DNA from: a bacterium
Lineage (GTDB): Bacteria; BMS3Abin14
Direction of reading: 5' to 3'
Length of the DNA: 53,590 nucleotides
Assembly: GCA_029210545.1 (NCBI GenBank)
Contig: JARGFV010000002.1
Coordinates: 1-53,590, forward strand
Shown here: piece after piece, positions 21,573 through 29,964 of the stretch
Layout of the letters: every line of letters begins with the position of its first letter
How positions within the stretch are numbered: position 1 is the stretch's first letter
Translations under genes and position numbers: made by a program
Notes under the pieces: generated by a model
Databases searched by the model: none
Told to the model about the DNA's origin: nothing
The model's input: the letters and a program-made list of their open reading frames with translations, nothing else

Positions 21573-21727
21573 GATGGACTCGCAAAAAGTCCATCAACGC
21601 ACCCCGCGCGGGGTGCCCAAATCAATGACCCGCCCCCTAAGTCATTGATTTGTAAGGAAAGGGAAAACGACGCTTTTCCCTTTCCGTGGAGCGAAAAGTC
21701 CCGGACTGGACTTTTTGCGACTCTTTC
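21573..21727 (+). mobile_element. Family A five-hairpin MITE-like element, copy A2 (155 bp)
   Basis: 20-bp imperfect TIRs (17/20 matched), five internal hairpins, AACATT on both flanks (21567-21572 and 21728-21733). Confidence 0.8.
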
Positions 21728-21859
21728 AACATTGATCTACCCTGTGAAACCCTGTGGTGTGACCTGAAAAAAGGTCACGCTGTGGTTGAATGGTTTATCA
21801 GAATTCGACTGTTCGACCGGCGTCAGGACATGTAAGGTCGCCTCGGGAGCCAAAAGGCC

Positions 21860-22585
21860 ATGATCCATCGCTTCGAGAGCCTGGGATCAACCAATGATCA
21901 ACTCGTACGGATGGCGGAGGAAGGGGCACCGGAGTACACGGCGGTTCTGGCCGAAAGACAGACCCGGGGAAAGGGACGGGCCGACAGGGGCTGGTGGTCT
22001 CCCCCGGGGAACCTGTACCTTTCGGTCCTCCTCCGGCCCGGGATCAACGCCAGGCGGCTTCCGAGGGTATCCATCCTGGCGTCCCTGGCCCTTTTCCGGG
22101 CGATCGACGACAGGACCGGAACCGTTTCCCTTAAATGGCCCAATGACCTGCTCCTTGACGGCAGGAAATTGGCGGGCATCCTGCCGGCTGGCAGGATCGA
22201 GGGAGACAAGGTGGCCTGGGTCGTGACCGGGTTCGGTGTGAACGTGGTCAAACCGGAACAGGGTGTGCCCGGGGAACTGGAAGACCGGGTCGCTTTTCTC
22301 GATGAGATCGTCGAGACATCCCTTGACGACCTGGTTCACAGGATCATCGGCGAGTTCAAGGGCCTGGCCGGGTCTTTCGAGGGCCCGGCGTGGCAGAGGG
22401 CCCGGGAAGAATGGTCGCGCAGCGCCGTTTTCGGTCCTCACTATACACTGAGGGACGGTAAGAGGCGGATCGTTGGAACGCCCGTGGGCCTTGCCCATGA
22501 CGGCGGGCTGGTCATGGAAACGGAGCAGGGAACGGTTACAGTTTATGCGGGGGAACTGGAAGAGAGTGCAGAGTGTAGAGTGTAG
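21860..22585 (+). CDS. birA: Biotin--acetyl-CoA-carboxylase ligase (no N-terminal HTH)
   Basis: STNDQL, QTRGKGR, GNLYLS, KWPND, KLAGIL, GFGVN. Confidence 0.9.
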   Translation: MIHRFESLGSTNDQLVRMAEEGAPEYTAVLAERQTRGKGRADRGWWSPPGNLYLSVLLRPGINARRLPRVSILASLALFRAIDDRTGTVSLKWPNDLLLDGRKLAGILPAGRIEGDKVAWVVTGFGVNVVKPEQGVPGELEDRVAFLDEIVETSLDDLVHRIIGEFKGLAGSFEGPAWQRAREEWSRSAVFGPHYTLRDGKRRIVGTPVGLAHDGGLVMETEQGTVTVYAGELEESAECRV

Positions 22586-22741
22586 AGTGCAGAGCAGAGT
22601 GTAGAGCAGAGTGTAGAGTGTAGAGCAGAGTGCAGAGTGTAGAGTGTAGAGTTCAGAGTGCAGAGTTTATATGCTGAGGTTGCTGAGTTATTACCAGAGA
22701 ATTACTTCCTCTGCACCCTGCACCCTGCACTTTACACTCTA
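22561..22741. repeat. Paired inverted heptamer arms (AGAGTGY run / CTCTGCA-CCCTGCA-CTTTACA-CTCTAAA)
   Basis: About 100 bp of AGAGTGT/AGAGTGC/AGAGC units starting inside the last birA codons; complementary arm at ~22709-22741 before the coaX RBS. Confidence 0.85.
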
Positions 22742-22758
22742 AAGCAGGAGTGTCCGTT

Positions 22759-23532
22759 ATGAAGGACTTGCTTTTATGTGTCGACGTCGGCAACACCCAG
22801 ACTGTCCTGGGCATCTTCAGGGGGAAGGAGATCACTTCCCGCTGGAGGATCAGGTCCGACAGGGACCGCACCGCCGACGAGTACGGCCACCTCATCCGTG
22901 ACCTGCTTCGGGGCGACGACATCGACGAGGCGGACCTTACCGGGATGTCGGTCAGTTCCGTTGTTCCGCCCGCCAGGCAGGCCCTCATGGAAATGGCGAA
23001 AACGACCTTTGGTATAGAACCCCTCATGGTGGGCCCGGGGATAAAGACAGGGATGCCGATCCTGTACGACAACCCACGGGAGGTCGGGGCGGACAGGATC
23101 GCCAACGCGGTCGCAGCCTACGAGCGTTTCGGAAGAGACCTTATCGTCATCGATTTCGGCACAGCCATCACCTTCGACGTCATCACCGCGGCCGGCCAGT
23201 ACCAGGGCGGGGTCATCTTCCCCGGAGTGCAGATCAGCCTTGACGCCCTTTTCCTGAAAGCGGCCAGGCTGCCCAGGGTCGAGCTGGAAAAGCCTGCCAG
23301 GGTGGTAGGACGGGACACAACAAGCAGCATCCAGTCCGGGATCGTCAACGGATATGCCGGACTCGTGGACAGCCTCGTGGGCAGGATCGCGGCGGAGTGC
23401 GGTACAAAGCCCCTCGTTGTGGCCACGGGCGGACTGTCCGGGATCATCGCTTCGGAAACAACCACCATCACCGAGATCCTCCCGGATCTCACACTGGAGG
23501 GTTTGAAGATCCTGTGGGAGAGGAACAGATAG
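22759..23532 (+). CDS. coaX: Type III pantothenate kinase
   Basis: DVGNT, SSVVP, GADRIAN, IDFGTAITFD, GGVIFPG, VVATGG. Confidence 0.95.
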   Translation: MKDLLLCVDVGNTQTVLGIFRGKEITSRWRIRSDRDRTADEYGHLIRDLLRGDDIDEADLTGMSVSSVVPPARQALMEMAKTTFGIEPLMVGPGIKTGMPILYDNPREVGADRIANAVAAYERFGRDLIVIDFGTAITFDVITAAGQYQGGVIFPGVQISLDALFLKAARLPRVELEKPARVVGRDTTSSIQSGIVNGYAGLVDSLVGRIAAECGTKPLVVATGGLSGIIASETTTITEILPDLTLEGLKILWERNR

Positions 23533-23769
23533 AAGGTAAAAGTGAAAAGGGGCAAGGGGAAAGGGGAAAGTGAAAAGGGAGGAGGGAGAGACCGTATGTG
23601 CGTAAAGCGTGTGGGCGTCAGATCTTTCGCACGTACGCACGTACGCTTCACTCACACACGGTTTTTCCCGGGATTTTCCCTTTCCACCCTGAAATCTTGA
23701 TTGATTCTATTTTTGAGATTTTGGGGATAAAAAAACCTTGTTGGCAACCGGCTTCGCAGGATGTGGGTG

Positions 23770-23928
23770 AGCGGTGGTCTTTATGGGCTTAATCAGGTCA
23801 TTCGCAAGGTCCTGACCCAGTCACCGCGAGATGATGGTCACGAGTCATACACAGTGGATATTGACGCGACAGCTATCGAGGCGGGCAAGAAGTTGGCGCG
23901 CATGACGTACAAGGGATTTCGCGGCTAC
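23770..23928 (+). pseudogene. IS1380-type DDE transposase fragment
   Basis: YTVDIDATAIEAGKKLARMTYKGFRGY resembles the IS1380 first-Asp region (D.D.T....K..A..TYKG..GY); similarity stops at a perfect palindrome. Confidence 0.65.
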
Positions 23929-23960
23929 ACACGGAATCCGGACGCGTCCGGATTCCGTGT
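23929..23960. other. Perfect 32-bp palindrome, no spacer
   Basis: ACACGGAATCCGGACG|CGTCCGGATTCCGTGT. Confidence 0.9.
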
Positions 23961-24213
23961 TCCTGAGCCTGCCTGCCGCAGGCAGGGGGGAACCATACCC
24001 GAAATCCGGCCCAAACCAATCTCGGATTTCGGGTTTCCACTTTCACCTTGTCCCTTTATTTTTCCGATGGTAACCTTGCTCTGTTTATTTGGTTGATCTT
24101 TCATATCTCATCTCACCCGGCGGGGATTCATACTGACACCGTGGCCGCCTTGGAAGGTGTCATGGGGTGACCCTTACCGAGGCTGTACCAGTCGCTACTT
24201 AAGGAGCCATTGT

Positions 24214-26298
24214 ATGAAGAAGATTGAGACCGACAACATCCGCAACATCGCCATCATCGCCCACGGCGGTGCGGGCAAGACTTCTCTTTGTGAAGCGGTC
24301 ATGTTCAACGCTGGAGCAGTCACCCGCCTCGGGAAGGTCGAGGAGGGCAACACCGTAATGGATTTTCTGCCGGAGGAGATCTCCCGGCAGATCAGCGCAA
24401 GCTCGGCCACGGCTACCGTGGAGTGGAAAGATCACCAGATCAACATCGTGGACACCCCCGGCTACCAGGATTTCATCGCCGACTCCCTTTACGCGATCAG
24501 GGTCTGTGGCGGCGTTGTCGGGGTTGTCAGCGCGGTCTCCGGAGTTGAAGTCAACACCGAAAGACTCTGGAAAGAGGCCCGCCGCAAGAAGCTTGCGGGT
24601 GCCATTTTCATCAACAAGATGGACAGGGAAAGAGCAGATTTTAACAGGGCGATCAAGGATGTGGAATCCAAGCTCAGGGCCAGGCCGGTCCTGTTGCAGC
24701 TGCCCATCGGCGCTGAGGCCGATTTCAAGGGGGTCGTGGATCTCATCTCCATGAAAGCGTGCCTTTACGAAATGGACGGGAGCGGGAAGTTCACCGAGCA
24801 CGATATCCCCGATGACCTTTCAGCCATGGCCGCCGAATACAGGGAAAAGCTGGTGGAGTTCGCTGCCGAGGGGGACGACACCCTGATGGAGAAGTACCTC
24901 GAGACCTTCGAACTCACCGACGAGGAGGTGTACCAGGGGTTGAGGGCGGGTGTCCTTGACGGGGACATCGTGCCCGTATTCTGCGGCTCCGCGACCCTCA
25001 ACATCGGCGTCCGCAAGCTCCTCGATGCCATGGTGGCGCTGATGCCCTCGCCTGTGGACGCAGGTGCTGTCCTCGGGGTCGACGGCAAGGGAGAGGAAGC
25101 CCGGAGGGAACCAAAAGAGAGCGAGCCTTTCGCCGCCTTCGTATACAAGACTCTGGCCGACCCTTACGCCGGCAAGCTCACATTGTTCAAGGTGGTTTCC
25201 GGAGCCCTGAAATCGGACAGCGGTTTTTTCAATACCACCCGTGACGCCAAGGAACGCTTCGGCAACCTGTTCCTGCTCCAGGGCAAGAAACAGATCAACG
25301 TTCCGGAGGTGGTGGCCGGTCAGTTGGCAGGTGTCGCCAAGCTGAAGGAGACCCGCACCGGTGACACCCTGTGCGCCGATGGAAAACCGTTCATCCTGCC
25401 GGGTGTGGACCTCCCCACTCCGGCTCTGTCCTATGCCATCAAGCCAAAGTCCAAGGGGGACGAGGAGAAGGTGAGCCAGTCACTGGCCAGGCTCCTGGAC
25501 GAGGATCCCTCCCTCCACGTTCAACGGGACGACGCCACCAGGGAAAACATTCTTTCCGGGATGGGTCAGCAGCACATCGAGGTCACCGTGGAACGCCTCA
25601 AGACCAAGTTCGGCGTTGAGGTGGAGATGGCCGTGCCCAAAGTCCCCTACAAGGAGACGATCAAGGGCAAGACCCAGCTTCAGAGCCGGTACAAGAAACA
25701 GACCGGCGGGCGGGGGCAGTTCGGGGACGTGTGGCTGGAGATCGAACCACAGCCCAGGGGCGGAGATTTCCAGTTCGTCGACAAGATCGTTGGCGGCGCC
25801 ATCCCCAGGAATTACATCCCTGCGGTGGAAAAGGGAATCCGGGAGGCCCTGGTAGAAGGCGTTCTGGCCGGGTATCCGGTCACCGATGTGAAAGTGACCC
25901 TCTACGATGGGTCCTATCACACGGTTGACTCATCGGAGATGGCGTTCAAGATCGCCGCGTCCATGGGTTTCAAAAAAGGGTTCCTGCAGTGTAAACCTGT
26001 TCTCCTCGAACCCATCGTCAACCTTGACATCACGGTCCCCGACGAATTCATGGGGGCTGTCATCGGAGATCTCAATTCGAGGAGGGGCAAGGTTCTGGGC
26101 ATGGACCCTCAGAGTGATGTCCAGATCGTCAAGGCCCAGGTCGCCATGGCGGAGATCCTGAGTTATGCCCCTGACCTGAGATCCATGACCGAAGGCAGGG
26201 CATCTTTTGCCGTCTCTTTCTCCCATTACGAGGAAGTGCCAGCGCACCTGGCCGAGAAGGTTATCGCGGAGTCTCAGAAAGGGAAGGAGAAGGAATAA
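24214..26298 (+). CDS. Elongation factor G paralogue (EF-G2-type)
   Basis: G1 AHGGAGKTS, G3 DTPGYQDF, G4 NKMD, KKQTGGRGQFG, DGSYHTVDSS, LLEPI; not in a str operon; ATG 24214 with AAGGAG. Confidence 0.9.
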   Translation: MKKIETDNIRNIAIIAHGGAGKTSLCEAVMFNAGAVTRLGKVEEGNTVMDFLPEEISRQISASSATATVEWKDHQINIVDTPGYQDFIADSLYAIRVCGGVVGVVSAVSGVEVNTERLWKEARRKKLAGAIFINKMDRERADFNRAIKDVESKLRARPVLLQLPIGAEADFKGVVDLISMKACLYEMDGSGKFTEHDIPDDLSAMAAEYREKLVEFAAEGDDTLMEKYLETFELTDEEVYQGLRAGVLDGDIVPVFCGSATLNIGVRKLLDAMVALMPSPVDAGAVLGVDGKGEEARREPKESEPFAAFVYKTLADPYAGKLTLFKVVSGALKSDSGFFNTTRDAKERFGNLFLLQGKKQINVPEVVAGQLAGVAKLKETRTGDTLCADGKPFILPGVDLPTPALSYAIKPKSKGDEEKVSQSLARLLDEDPSLHVQRDDATRENILSGMGQQHIEVTVERLKTKFGVEVEMAVPKVPYKETIKGKTQLQSRYKKQTGGRGQFGDVWLEIEPQPRGGDFQFVDKIVGGAIPRNYIPAVEKGIREALVEGVLAGYPVTDVKVTLYDGSYHTVDSSEMAFKIAASMGFKKGFLQCKPVLLEPIVNLDITVPDEFMGAVIGDLNSRRGKVLGMDPQSDVQIVKAQVAMAEILSYAPDLRSMTEGRASFAVSFSHYEEVPAHLAEKVIAESQKGKEKE

Positions 26299-26301
26299 AG
26301 T

Positions 26302-27570
26302 ATGGGCGACGATTTTGATCTTTTTCCAAAACGGGAAAACCTGGACCCATTTTCCTTTGGAACCCGGGAGAAAAAGAGCGAAGCCGAGCTGAAAGAGAAG
26401 GGGACCGAGGATCTGTTCGGGCAGGAAGATCAACCGCCCGCCCCGCCCCCCCTTCCTGATCTGCCTCTCGATCTGCCTGGCGCGGAGCCTGCGGCTGTTG
26501 GAGAGGGTCTGCCGTCTCTGGAGCCCACCATACCGGAACCCCCACCTCTGCCGCCACCGCCGCCCCCGCCATCCGGACCCGTTGCCTCTCCATCGGACTT
26601 CTCCAGCGACGGTCCCATCTCGGAGGAAAAAACCTTCGACGAACCCGTTTTCGACGACAGTAAGCCGACACCCGCTCCAGGGAAGAAATCAGGCAGGAAA
26701 ACGCCGTCCCCATTTGTTTTCGTGGGCGGCGCCCTCCTCATCATCATCGGGTTGCTCTTCGGTGCCTACACCTACCTCATGAAAGGCAGGGCGCCTGAAC
26801 CCCGTGCGGCCCTCCCACCGGTGAGCGTATCTGTACCCGTACCAAGTCCCGCACCGGTTCCAGCATCCGGACCCGAGACCCAAACGGAACCGGCCAAGCC
26901 TTCCCCTCCGGAAAGCGCTGTGAAGTCCGGGACTCCTCCATCTCCCACACCCGCTCCCGCACCGGTTCCGGAACCCGCGAAGCCTGAACCGCCAGAATCC
27001 GAACCGGTGAAACCTGAGCCGGGTACCCCTCCGGAACCGGCCAGGACAGCAGCGGCACAACCTTCGCCACCTCGGGTTCCCCAGCCCGGCGCAGCCGCGG
27101 TTTCTCCAGGTGACGTCCAGTATTCCATCCAGGTCGGGGCCTTCATCCTCCAGTCCAGCGTGCTGGAACTGGAAAATAAGCTCAGATCCCTCGGGCACGA
27201 GCCGTTCCGGAAGGAAGGGTCGACGACAGTCATGATGAACATGCTGACCGTGGGGCCGTTCGCTTCTGTGGCCGAGGCCCGGAGCGCCTTGTTCCGGCTT
27301 AAGGCCGCCGACGTCGATTCAAACGTCAGGCGCAGGGCCGATGGGGGGGCCATCGTCAACGCGGGAAGCTATCTACTGGAGGAGAACGCCGACAGCGTCA
27401 TGAAAAAGATCCGCTCGCTGGGATACCCGGTTCGGATGTCCAAAAACGAAGCCAGACTTCCCATGACCTTCGTCAGGGTGGGAAGGTACCCGGATATGGA
27501 GGAGGCTTCGGTGCTGAAGGATGAACTCAGGGGGAAGGGGTTCGACGCCATCGTCGTCAAACTCCAGTAG
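26302..27570 (+). CDS. SPOR-domain membrane protein
   Basis: Acidic Pro-rich N-terminus, one TM (FVFVGGALLIIIGLLFGAYTYLM), Pro-rich linker, C-terminal SPOR half-repeats (YSIQVGAF, LTVGPF, VNAGSY, VRVGRY). Confidence 0.78.
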   Translation: MGDDFDLFPKRENLDPFSFGTREKKSEAELKEKGTEDLFGQEDQPPAPPPLPDLPLDLPGAEPAAVGEGLPSLEPTIPEPPPLPPPPPPPSGPVASPSDFSSDGPISEEKTFDEPVFDDSKPTPAPGKKSGRKTPSPFVFVGGALLIIIGLLFGAYTYLMKGRAPEPRAALPPVSVSVPVPSPAPVPASGPETQTEPAKPSPPESAVKSGTPPSPTPAPAPVPEPAKPEPPESEPVKPEPGTPPEPARTAAAQPSPPRVPQPGAAAVSPGDVQYSIQVGAFILQSSVLELENKLRSLGHEPFRKEGSTTVMMNMLTVGPFASVAEARSALFRLKAADVDSNVRRRADGGAIVNAGSYLLEENADSVMKKIRSLGYPVRMSKNEARLPMTFVRVGRYPDMEEASVLKDELRGKGFDAIVVKLQ

Positions 27571-27742
27571 ACGGATGCCTTACATTTTTTCGGTCCTACC
27601 AGGAGCTTGGCGGATAGCCTCACGCAGGCTCCTGCTGTTTTGGTCACATGATGTTCTCTCGTTTCAGACACACAGGATTAAACGGCAGCGTGCGCAGGTT
27701 TCCCGATACGCTCCCGGTTGATCCTGTGTGGGAAGGTGATTC

Positions 27743-28495
27743 ATGTCCGGGGATTCCCAACCTGGTACCGGGATAGACGCACATCAGCTCAGCATCATCA
27801 TAAAGATGATGAGGGCCCAGGACCCGAAGACCAGGGACGTGGCTGTCCGTGCTCTCAAGGATGTGGATCCGGAGAAGATTACTGCTCTCCTGAGCGATCC
27901 TGAGCTCACTTCCGAAGCTGCTGCCTACTTTGCACGGCATGCCGGCGAACGACGGGACTGGATCGAGGCTCTTCTTGCCAACCCGTCATTGTCCGATGAA
28001 GACAGCGCTCTTCTGACATCTGCAGGGGCCTCCACTCCGGAGAAGAAGGTTTCGGCCCCAGGGGATGAGGCAGAGGAACACCTCAGTGTCGGCCAGCGGA
28101 TCGCCCGGATGAACGTGGGACAGAAGATCAAGGCTGCCATGCAGGGGGACAAGGAAGTACGCACCATCCTCATCAAGGACACCAACCGGGAAGTCTACAA
28201 GGCGGTCCTCAATAACCCCGGCCTGAAGGAGGCCGAGGTCGAGATGATGGCGAAGAATACCGGGACGAGCACCGAGATCCTCAGGGCAATTGCCGCCAAC
28301 CGGGAGTGGGTCGCCAACCGTAATATCATGCACGCCCTTGTCATGAACCCGAAGACACCGGTGAACCTGAGTATCAGGTTCCTGTCACGCCTGGGCCGGA
28401 AGGAGATCGAATTCATCGCCAAGAGCAGATCCATGCCCCAGGCCCTTCGAAACAACGCCAAAAGAATCGTGTCCGCCAAATCCAAGGGGAAATAA
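27743..28495 (+). CDS. Conserved hypothetical alpha-helical repeat protein
   Basis: 250 aa, GGAAGGTGA RBS, repeated (A/V)LxNP helical units; 3 nt from the MglA-like gene. Confidence 0.65.
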   Translation: MSGDSQPGTGIDAHQLSIIIKMMRAQDPKTRDVAVRALKDVDPEKITALLSDPELTSEAAAYFARHAGERRDWIEALLANPSLSDEDSALLTSAGASTPEKKVSAPGDEAEEHLSVGQRIARMNVGQKIKAAMQGDKEVRTILIKDTNREVYKAVLNNPGLKEAEVEMMAKNTGTSTEILRAIAANREWVANRNIMHALVMNPKTPVNLSIRFLSRLGRKEIEFIAKSRSMPQALRNNAKRIVSAKSKGK

Positions 28496-28498
28496 CCG

Positions 28499-29848
28499 AT
28501 GCCTGTGTTCAATTACGCCAAGAAGGAAGTGAACGTAAAGGTGGTCTACTATGGGCCCGGGCTGTCCGGCAAGACCACCAACCTTCAGCAGATCCACGAA
28601 GGGATCAAGCCGGAGTTCAAGGGCAAGCTCGTTTCCCTGGCGACCCAGACCGACCGGACCCTCTTCTTCGATTTCATGCCCCTGGAGTTGGGCTCCCTGG
28701 GCGGCTACAAGGTTCGGCTGCACATTTACACCGTGCCCGGGCAGGTTCATTACAACGCGACACGCAAACTGGTCCTCAAGGGCGTTGACGGGGTCGTTTT
28801 CATCGCCGACTCCCAGCGAGCCATGAGCGATGCCAACGTGGAAAGTTTCCTCAACCTGGAAAAAAACCTCCAGTCCTACGGGAAAGCCCTTGTGGACCTC
28901 CCCCACCTCATTCAGGCCAACAAGAGGGACCTGGATGATATTGCCTCTATGGACGAGATCGGGGCTCTTCTCAACCGCTATGGTGCTCCCCTGACCGAAG
29001 CGGTGGCTTCCGAGGGAAAGGGGGCCCTCGAGACCCTCACGGAGATCGTCCGCATGGTGATGAGAGGGCTGAGGGATCAGTTCAGACGTCAAATTAATGA
29101 AAGGGAAGATGAAGCCTCAGTCACAGACGCAGTCTCAGCTCCAGAACCCCCACCTGCGCCTGCTCCGGTGGCCGAACCGATGGTAGTCTCAGACACAGTC
29201 TCAGACCCGGTGCCGGAACCACCCCGCCCTGATCCCAGTCGAGGGGAACCGGAAACTGCTGTCACTGATAGGGCGCAGCCCATTCGAGTGAATATCCCTG
29301 TTGAGGGGATCGGGACGCTGGAGCTTTCCATTATGGTCACCGCGAAGATAGTGGAAGAGGACAGGAGTCTCGAAGTGCAGGTTGAAAGCGCTGCCATCGA
29401 GGGCGCGGAGCCTGAAATAGACACAGACACGGACACAGACACAGTGCTGGAACCGGTATTCACTTCCGGCGAGGCTGTAGTGGACAAACCAGAGCCGGAA
29501 CCTGAGACCGAGACCGTGACTGAGACTGAGACTCCCCCCCCGCTGGGGGAAGAGAGTGCTGAACCCCTCGGGGCTCCCCTGGATGGCCAGGAAATGGATC
29601 CTGAGGTCGAACCACTGGATGTTCCGGAAGCGCCCCTGCCGGAAGTGTTCCTCGACGACGAGAAGATCCTCACCGACGATGATGCCGCGCCTGCAGATAC
29701 AATAGCCACGGACTCGACGGAACACCCGCTTGACCGGTACGACCCCACGGCCAAACCCATCGCTCTCTTTGCAGAGAGCGGGGACGAACCGGCCCCGCAG
29801 GAGCCGGCTCCGAAGAAGAAGGGGTTTTTCGGAAGGTTCAAAAAATAG
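28499..29848 (+). CDS. MglA-family small GTPase with ~250-aa acidic C-terminal extension
   Basis: KVVYYGPGLSGKTTNL, TDRTLFFDF, YTVPGQVHY, LKGVDGVVFIADSQ, NKRDL; ends in KKKGFFGRFKK. Confidence 0.88.
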   Translation: MPVFNYAKKEVNVKVVYYGPGLSGKTTNLQQIHEGIKPEFKGKLVSLATQTDRTLFFDFMPLELGSLGGYKVRLHIYTVPGQVHYNATRKLVLKGVDGVVFIADSQRAMSDANVESFLNLEKNLQSYGKALVDLPHLIQANKRDLDDIASMDEIGALLNRYGAPLTEAVASEGKGALETLTEIVRMVMRGLRDQFRRQINEREDEASVTDAVSAPEPPPAPAPVAEPMVVSDTVSDPVPEPPRPDPSRGEPETAVTDRAQPIRVNIPVEGIGTLELSIMVTAKIVEEDRSLEVQVESAAIEGAEPEIDTDTDTDTVLEPVFTSGEAVVDKPEPEPETETVTETETPPPLGEESAEPLGAPLDGQEMDPEVEPLDVPEAPLPEVFLDDEKILTDDDAAPADTIATDSTEHPLDRYDPTAKPIALFAESGDEPAPQEPAPKKKGFFGRFKK

Positions 29849-29863
29849 TAGAAAGTCGCAGAC

Positions 29864-29930
29864 CCTGAGCTTGTCGAAGGGTGGAAAGGGGAAAGGGGAA
29901 AGTTAAAAGGGGAAAGTGGAAGGTGGAAAA
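29864..29930. repeat. REP-like CCTGAGCTTGTCGAAGG plus purine heptamer arm (GGGGAAA/GTGGAAA)
   Basis: CCTGAGCTTGTCGAAGG is the near reverse complement of CCTTCGACAGGCTCAGG at ~21489-21505. Confidence 0.6.
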
Positions 29931-29939
29931 GAAATCATG

Positions 29940-29964
29940 GGCGGCCTGCGGGCCGCCTTTTTTT
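29940..29964 (+). terminator. Rho-independent terminator after the MglA-like gene
   Basis: GGCGGCC-TGCG-GGCCGCC followed by seven T. Confidence 0.8.

Larger units (their letters stand above)
23688..24033 (+). mobile_element. Internally deleted IS1380-family-like element
   Basis: Ends CCTGAAATC / GATTTCGGG (8/9 inverted match), TTTCCAC on both flanks, transposase fragment inside. Confidence 0.6.
23533..24060. repeat. Nested inverted tandem arms A-B-B'-A', with A' split by the IS remnant
   Basis: A: AGGTAAA AGTGAAA AGGGGCA AGGGGAA AGGGGAA AGTGAAA; B/B': GTATGTGCGT.../ACGTACGC ACGTACGC; A': TTTTCCC TTTCCAC [IS] TTTCCAC TTTCACC TTGTCCC. Confidence 0.7.

Noticed and set aside
23761-24096. Intact 111-aa gene
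   Set aside because: Only the first ~55 codons resemble a transposase; the rest reads through palindromes and repeat arms.
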